Of a stretch of 45,427 bases of DNA, positions 42,226 through 45,427 are shown one piece after another (positions within the stretch are counted from its first letter, which is position 1; every line of letters starts with the position of its first letter). Position numbers and translations under genes: made by a program. The stretch spans positions 1-45,427 of IMG/VR virus record IMGVR_UViG_3300045988_086513; one strand, 5' to 3'. The DNA comes from a virus. The notes under the pieces are model-generated. The model did not search any database. It saw only the letters and a list, made by a program, of their open reading frames with translations, and was not told where the DNA came from.

Positions 42226-42316
42226 CACAGAAAGGAGCCAGCCTCCGGCCGGGGCAAAGGTATACCGGGCTTCTTGGAGAGATGAAGAAAGAATTAACCA
42301 CAGAAGAGTGGAAAAT

Positions 42317-42347
42317 AAAAAAAGAGAAGCGTTAACTCCTCTTTTTT
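42317..42347. terminator. Candidate bidirectional terminator between convergent genes
   Basis: AAAAAAAGAGAAG-CGTTAA-CTCCTCTTTTTT. The stem has one A-C mismatch and is flanked by A and T runs. Confidence 0.45.
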
Positions 42348-42361
42348 CGAAACAAATACGG

Positions 42362-42580
42362 TTATAGTTCTTCGCCGGTATCATTCATTGTAATCGTACC
42401 CTTATAGGTGCAGTTGAGCTTCTGGGAAATTTCCAACATTTCTTTTTCTTGGAAATTATCTCGAGAGAGCTTATTAGTCAGGTTTTGGCGACTGGTGCCA
42501 AGTAGAGCAGCCAACTCAGTTACAGTCATATTACGGCGTTTTAACAACACTTTTACTTTTTCTCCAAATGATAATGGCAT
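42362..42580 (-). CDS. XRE-family HTH regulator (72 aa)
   Basis: LLKRRNMTVTELAALLGTSRQNLTNKLSRDN is an HTH motif. The ATG at 42580 follows GGGAGGTG. Confidence 0.7.
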   Translation of the reverse strand: MPLSFGEKVKVLLKRRNMTVTELAALLGTSRQNLTNKLSRDNFQEKEMLEISQKLNCTYKGTITMNDTGEEL

Positions 42581-42607
42581 ATGATTCACCTCCCTTGTTA
42601 TGTATGA

Positions 42608-42706
42608 ATTATAACACTATATAGTTTACAATGCAATTAAAAAGTTTAAAAAGAAATATAATAATGTAAAATATATATTGACAAAAGAAACTAAAACGTG
42701 TACAAT
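42608..42706. promoter_or_regulatory. Divergent near-consensus promoters
   Basis: Rightward promoter: TTGACA (42678-83), 17 nt, TACAAT (42701-06). Leftward promoter: TTGCAT (42636-31), 17 nt, TATAAT (42613-08). Confidence 0.6.
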
Positions 42707-42737
42707 GCAAACATAAAATCAATTGGAGGTAGTAAGA

Positions 42738-43253
42738 ATGTATGAAGTAATCAACGAAAAACTGAAACTGGAAGCTTGTGGTATCGGTGATTTAACACTG
42801 GAGACTGTAAGCGGGATGTTAAAGCAATGGAACGATGGAAGCAGCATATCAACGCTGACGGTATTTTATGTACCGGCAAGAGACACGGTTGTAATTAATC
42901 GCGATCATGTGAATTATGATACATACCGTGCATTCACTGAGCGATATTTGAGTAGTAACGAACGTGTACGCCGGAAAATCAGTGAAAAATACGGAAACGA
43001 TAAAAGCGCCATAGCAGAAATAATAAGAGTTTTGGACAGAGCTATCAGACATCGAAAGAATTTAGAAAATATTTTTATTTTGAAGAATCAGCCAGAAATG
43101 GAAGATGATGATACCCTTAGTATTTCACTGATGAATGAGATTATGAAAGCCACAGGCGATCAGCACTTTTCGATGTACAAGGCTTTCCAGTACGGAGTAA
43201 TGCAGGGAAAGCGTTTGGAGAGACGTAAAAAAAGACAATCCGCAACAGCCTGA
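42738..43253 (+). CDS. Hypothetical protein (171 aa) with a basic C-terminal tail
   Basis: GGAGG RBS. No family was recognised. The C-terminus reads FQYGVMQGKRLERRKKRQ. Confidence 0.55.
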   Translation: MYEVINEKLKLEACGIGDLTLETVSGMLKQWNDGSSISTLTVFYVPARDTVVINRDHVNYDTYRAFTERYLSSNERVRRKISEKYGNDKSAIAEIIRVLDRAIRHRKNLENIFILKNQPEMEDDDTLSISLMNEIMKATGDQHFSMYKAFQYGVMQGKRLERRKKRQSATA

Positions 43254-43280
43254 TCAGCACAGAGGATTGTCTTAAACACA

Positions 43281-43323
43281 AGGAGTACCTTGTGAAGATA
43301 AGTATAAGGTACTCCACATTTTT
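43281..43323 (+). terminator. Rho-independent terminator
   Basis: A 10-bp stem, GGAGTACCTT (43281-90) with AAGGTACTCC (43305-14), followed by ACATTTTTA. Confidence 0.75.
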
Positions 43324-43350
43324 AATCAAGAGAAAAAGGAAAAAAAATAG

Positions 43351-44058
43351 ATGAACGAATTAAAAATTTTCAATTCAGTAGAGTTTGGAGAAATCCGAAC
43401 AGTAACAATTGATAGAGAACCGTGGTTCGCCGGTAAAGACGTTGCAATAGCTCTGGGATACAAAGATACTGCTAAAACATTAAAAGTTCACGTAGACGAT
43501 GATGATAAACGCTTAGTCAAGGTGGGCGAAATGTCCACCTTGAAGATTAAGAGCAATTATGGACTTACTTTTATCAATGAATCTGGCTTATATGCCCTCA
43601 TCTTCGGAAGCAAACTCGATTCCGCTAAGAGATTCAAACATTGGGTAACAAGTGAAGTTCTCCCATCCATCCACAAGACAGGTTCTTATAAACCAATGAC
43701 CATCCCGGAACAGATTCAGCTGCTCGCTCAGGGTAATGCAAACCATGAGGAACGAATTGTGAAACTTGAAAACACCATGACCATTGATTATGGACAGCAG
43801 AAGTCTATCAGTGATCTGGTATCAAGTATTGTAATCACTCATCTTGGTGGAAAAGAGTCCAATGCTTATAAAGAAATCAGCAAAAAGGTATTTGCGGAAT
43901 GTAACAGGGATATTAAGACGTACTTCTCTGTAAATGCCCGAAACAATATTCCGAAGCTGAGATTTTCAGAAGCAATGGAGTATGTCAGAAATTGGCATCC
44001 TTGTACAAATACAGCAATGATGATTCGAGATTGTAATGCTCAGATGAGTATTAGCTAA
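43351..44058 (+). CDS. Bro-N / ORF6C-type antirepressor
   Basis: IFNSVEFGEIRTVTIDREPWFAGKDVAIALGY...FINESGLYALIFGSKLDSAKRFKHWVTSEVLPSI is a BRO-N domain. Confidence 0.8.
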   Translation: MNELKIFNSVEFGEIRTVTIDREPWFAGKDVAIALGYKDTAKTLKVHVDDDDKRLVKVGEMSTLKIKSNYGLTFINESGLYALIFGSKLDSAKRFKHWVTSEVLPSIHKTGSYKPMTIPEQIQLLAQGNANHEERIVKLENTMTIDYGQQKSISDLVSSIVITHLGGKESNAYKEISKKVFAECNRDIKTYFSVNARNNIPKLRFSEAMEYVRNWHPCTNTAMMIRDCNAQMSIS

Positions 44059-44095
44059 AGCGGAGGCATCTATTAATGTCAGAAAGGGCGAAATT

Positions 44096-44284
44096 ATGGA
44101 CAAACCATTGTTTGAGATAGCAACAGAATTTATTACGGAATTAACAGAAGCACCATTAGATGATCATTTGCAGACCAAATTAATGATGCTTTCAGCAACC
44201 AGATCAAAAGCGGCAGATGTGCTTTTACATAGAATATTTCAGATAGCGGAAGAAAGAAGACCATTGCTGATTGAAGCGAACTGA
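44096..44284 (+). CDS. Hypothetical protein (62 aa)
   Basis: An ORF with a weak GAAAGGG RBS. Confidence 0.45.
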   Translation: MDKPLFEIATEFITELTEAPLDDHLQTKLMMLSATRSKAADVLLHRIFQIAEERRPLLIEAN

Positions 44285-44347
44285 GTTGCGCGGGCGCAAA
44301 ATCACATACAACAAGAATCATCCGGACAAATAAGAGAGGAGAATATC

Positions 44348-44650
44348 ATGCTGACAAGGCACAAGCACTTGAGAGATTACGGGATCCCGGCAGACGACAT
44401 TGAAAAACTGAATAATATGCTCAATGACTTCCCGGAAGAATACACAGACGTTCTCCAGAGTGCTGCCCTGTCAGCCTGCCCCAAGGGGCTTGCGGAGCTG
44501 ATAACTTACGGCATCTTACACCAGAAGGGGTATGACAGTATGACACTTGAAAGATATGTCCCGATTAACCGCAGAGATTTTTTTGCGTACAAGCGTAAGA
44601 CTATAGCGGAATGGTACAACCAGATGCGGTTGTTCGGATTATGGAAATAG
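44348..44650 (+). CDS. Hypothetical protein (100 aa)
   Basis: AGAGGAG RBS. Confidence 0.5.
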   Translation: MLTRHKHLRDYGIPADDIEKLNNMLNDFPEEYTDVLQSAALSACPKGLAELITYGILHQKGYDSMTLERYVPINRRDFFAYKRKTIAEWYNQMRLFGLWK

Positions 44651-44661
44651 GAGGATGCAAA

Positions 44662-45099
44662 ATGAGAAGCTACAGAATAAGACTTCCGAGAGGACTGGAA
44701 GTAGATATTTTTAATTTGCCGGAGGATTTCAAAGAACAGGTTGAACAGGCATTTGAAAAGTATACATCTGAAACAGCAAAAGCGTATATGTACGTTGACA
44801 AGTTAGGATTTGTTGATCGCTGTATTGAATTTCTAAACGGTGGTAAAGATTCAGATGATGCTGTAAATTCACTGATTGAAGAAATGATGATTGCCGAATG
44901 GAGAAATAATGGTGAAATTATTAAGGAAGATGATATATACAGTTTTGAATTTATGGAAGATTGCTACAGAGCAGGAAGAGAGCATTCGAGTTTGCGCTCT
45001 CATTTCGGAAATGACGATCATCACATCTACGATCAGATCCAGAAAGTTCTGGTGCAGGTAATTACAATTGTAATGAATTATGAGGATAAGGAGGATTAG
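44662..45099 (+). CDS. Hypothetical protein (145 aa)
   Basis: The ATG at 44662 follows AGGAGG. The track start at 44611 overlaps the previous gene. Confidence 0.5.
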   Translation: MRSYRIRLPRGLEVDIFNLPEDFKEQVEQAFEKYTSETAKAYMYVDKLGFVDRCIEFLNGGKDSDDAVNSLIEEMMIAEWRNNGEIIKEDDIYSFEFMEDCYRAGREHSSLRSHFGNDDHHIYDQIQKVLVQVITIVMNYEDKED

Positions 45100-45105
45100 T
45101 GCAAA

Positions 45106-45237
45106 ATGTTTTATTGCTGTAACGAATGTAAAAACAAAGAATGTCCCGTGAACTATCACAATAGAAAGAAAGGCGAGCCACTGTTTGTGAAAGCATACTG
45201 TGGAACCAAAAAGTGCAAAGGATATAAAAGACCATAA
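45106..45237 (+). CDS. Small Cys-rich protein (43 aa, below the track cutoff)
   Basis: Hand-translated as MFYCCNECKNKECPVNYHNRKKGEPLFVKAYCGTKKCKGYKRP. An AAGGAGG lies upstream. Confidence 0.35.
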   Translation: MFYCCNECKNKECPVNYHNRKKGEPLFVKAYCGTKKCKGYKRP

Positions 45238-45250
45238 AGGAGGATCCAAA

Positions 45251-45427
45251 ATGTTAATCAGAAGTCAGGATAAAACAGCGCTGGTAAAGTTTGAAAACAT
45301 TGTAGTCAATCTAAAACTCCCAGATTCATTGAATGTTATATGTTGGAGTTTGCAGGATGCACAGAGAAGCGGAGGATATTTTATTTTAGGAAAATATTCC
45401 ACCAAAGAAAAAGCTATAAAGGTACTG
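45251..45427 (+). CDS. 5' part of the junction-spanning CDS (continues at 120..230 of the window)
   Basis: AAGGAGG RBS. MLIRSQDKTALVKFENIVVNLKLPDSLNVICWSLQDAQRSGGYFILGKYSTKEKAIKVL... Confidence 0.6.
   Translation, partial: MLIRSQDKTALVKFENIVVNLKLPDSLNVICWSLQDAQRSGGYFILGKYSTKEKAIKVL
45309..45427. repeat. Terminal overlap, copy 2 (identical to 1-119)
   Basis: Same 119-nt string as the window start. Confidence 0.9.

Larger units (their letters stand above)
1..45427. mobile_element. Complete temperate siphovirus-type phage genome (circular assembly, unique length 45,308 bp)
   Basis: The window holds a full gene complement: terminase, portal, capsid, tail, lysin, integrase, repressor and replication genes. 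The two ends are identical over 119 nt. Confidence 0.85.

Noticed and set aside
1-45427. Searched for CRISPR arrays, DGR template/variable repeats or a reverse transcriptase, and stop-codon reassignment
   Set aside because: No spaced direct-repeat array and no RT-like ORF was found. Genes are long and uninterrupted in the standard bacterial code. The tRNAs carry ordinary CAU and UUG anticodons, so there is no suppressor tRNA.

Overview
The window is a complete, circularly closed genome of a temperate siphovirus-type phage. The host is probably a low-GC Gram-positive bacterium (Clostridia-like, an inference from the protein families). Nucleotides 1-119 are repeated exactly at 45309-45427, so the unique genome is 45,308 bp, and one gene (45251 -> 230) crosses the assembly junction.

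Layout:
- Late-early genes, 1-3378 (+): DUF551-like, YopX and several Cys-rich small proteins.
- hicAB toxin-antitoxin pair, 3426-4042 (-).
- Packaging and head genes, 4310-16014 (+): a fused TerS-TerL terminase, portal, an Ig-like (Big_2) protein plus metallophosphoesterase insertion, minor capsid proteins, scaffold, major capsid and adaptor.
- A roughly 960-nt ORF-free, highly structured island with tRNA genes, 12727-13690, in the middle of the head operon.
- An accessory island inside the head-tail genes, 15995-18458: HExxH protein, tandem DUF2829/Tad2-like protein, holin, His-rich protein, orphan tRNA 3' fragment, terminator and DUF4417.
- Tail genes and a multidomain endolysin, 18468-29064.
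- attP-like repeats, then the lysogeny module on the minus strand, 29391-33783: tyrosine integrase, DUF4041/T5orf172 protein, ImmA-like, DUF4160 and an XRE repressor.
- A divergent-promoter genetic switch.
- Early and replication genes, 33940-45427: YqaJ exonuclease, RecT, resolvase, replisome organizer with internal iterons, DnaC-like loader and a Bro-N antirepressor.

No CRISPR array, reverse transcriptase or rRNA was seen. The standard code (11) gives long ORFs throughout.

All family assignments come from recognising sequence motifs by eye. No searches were run.
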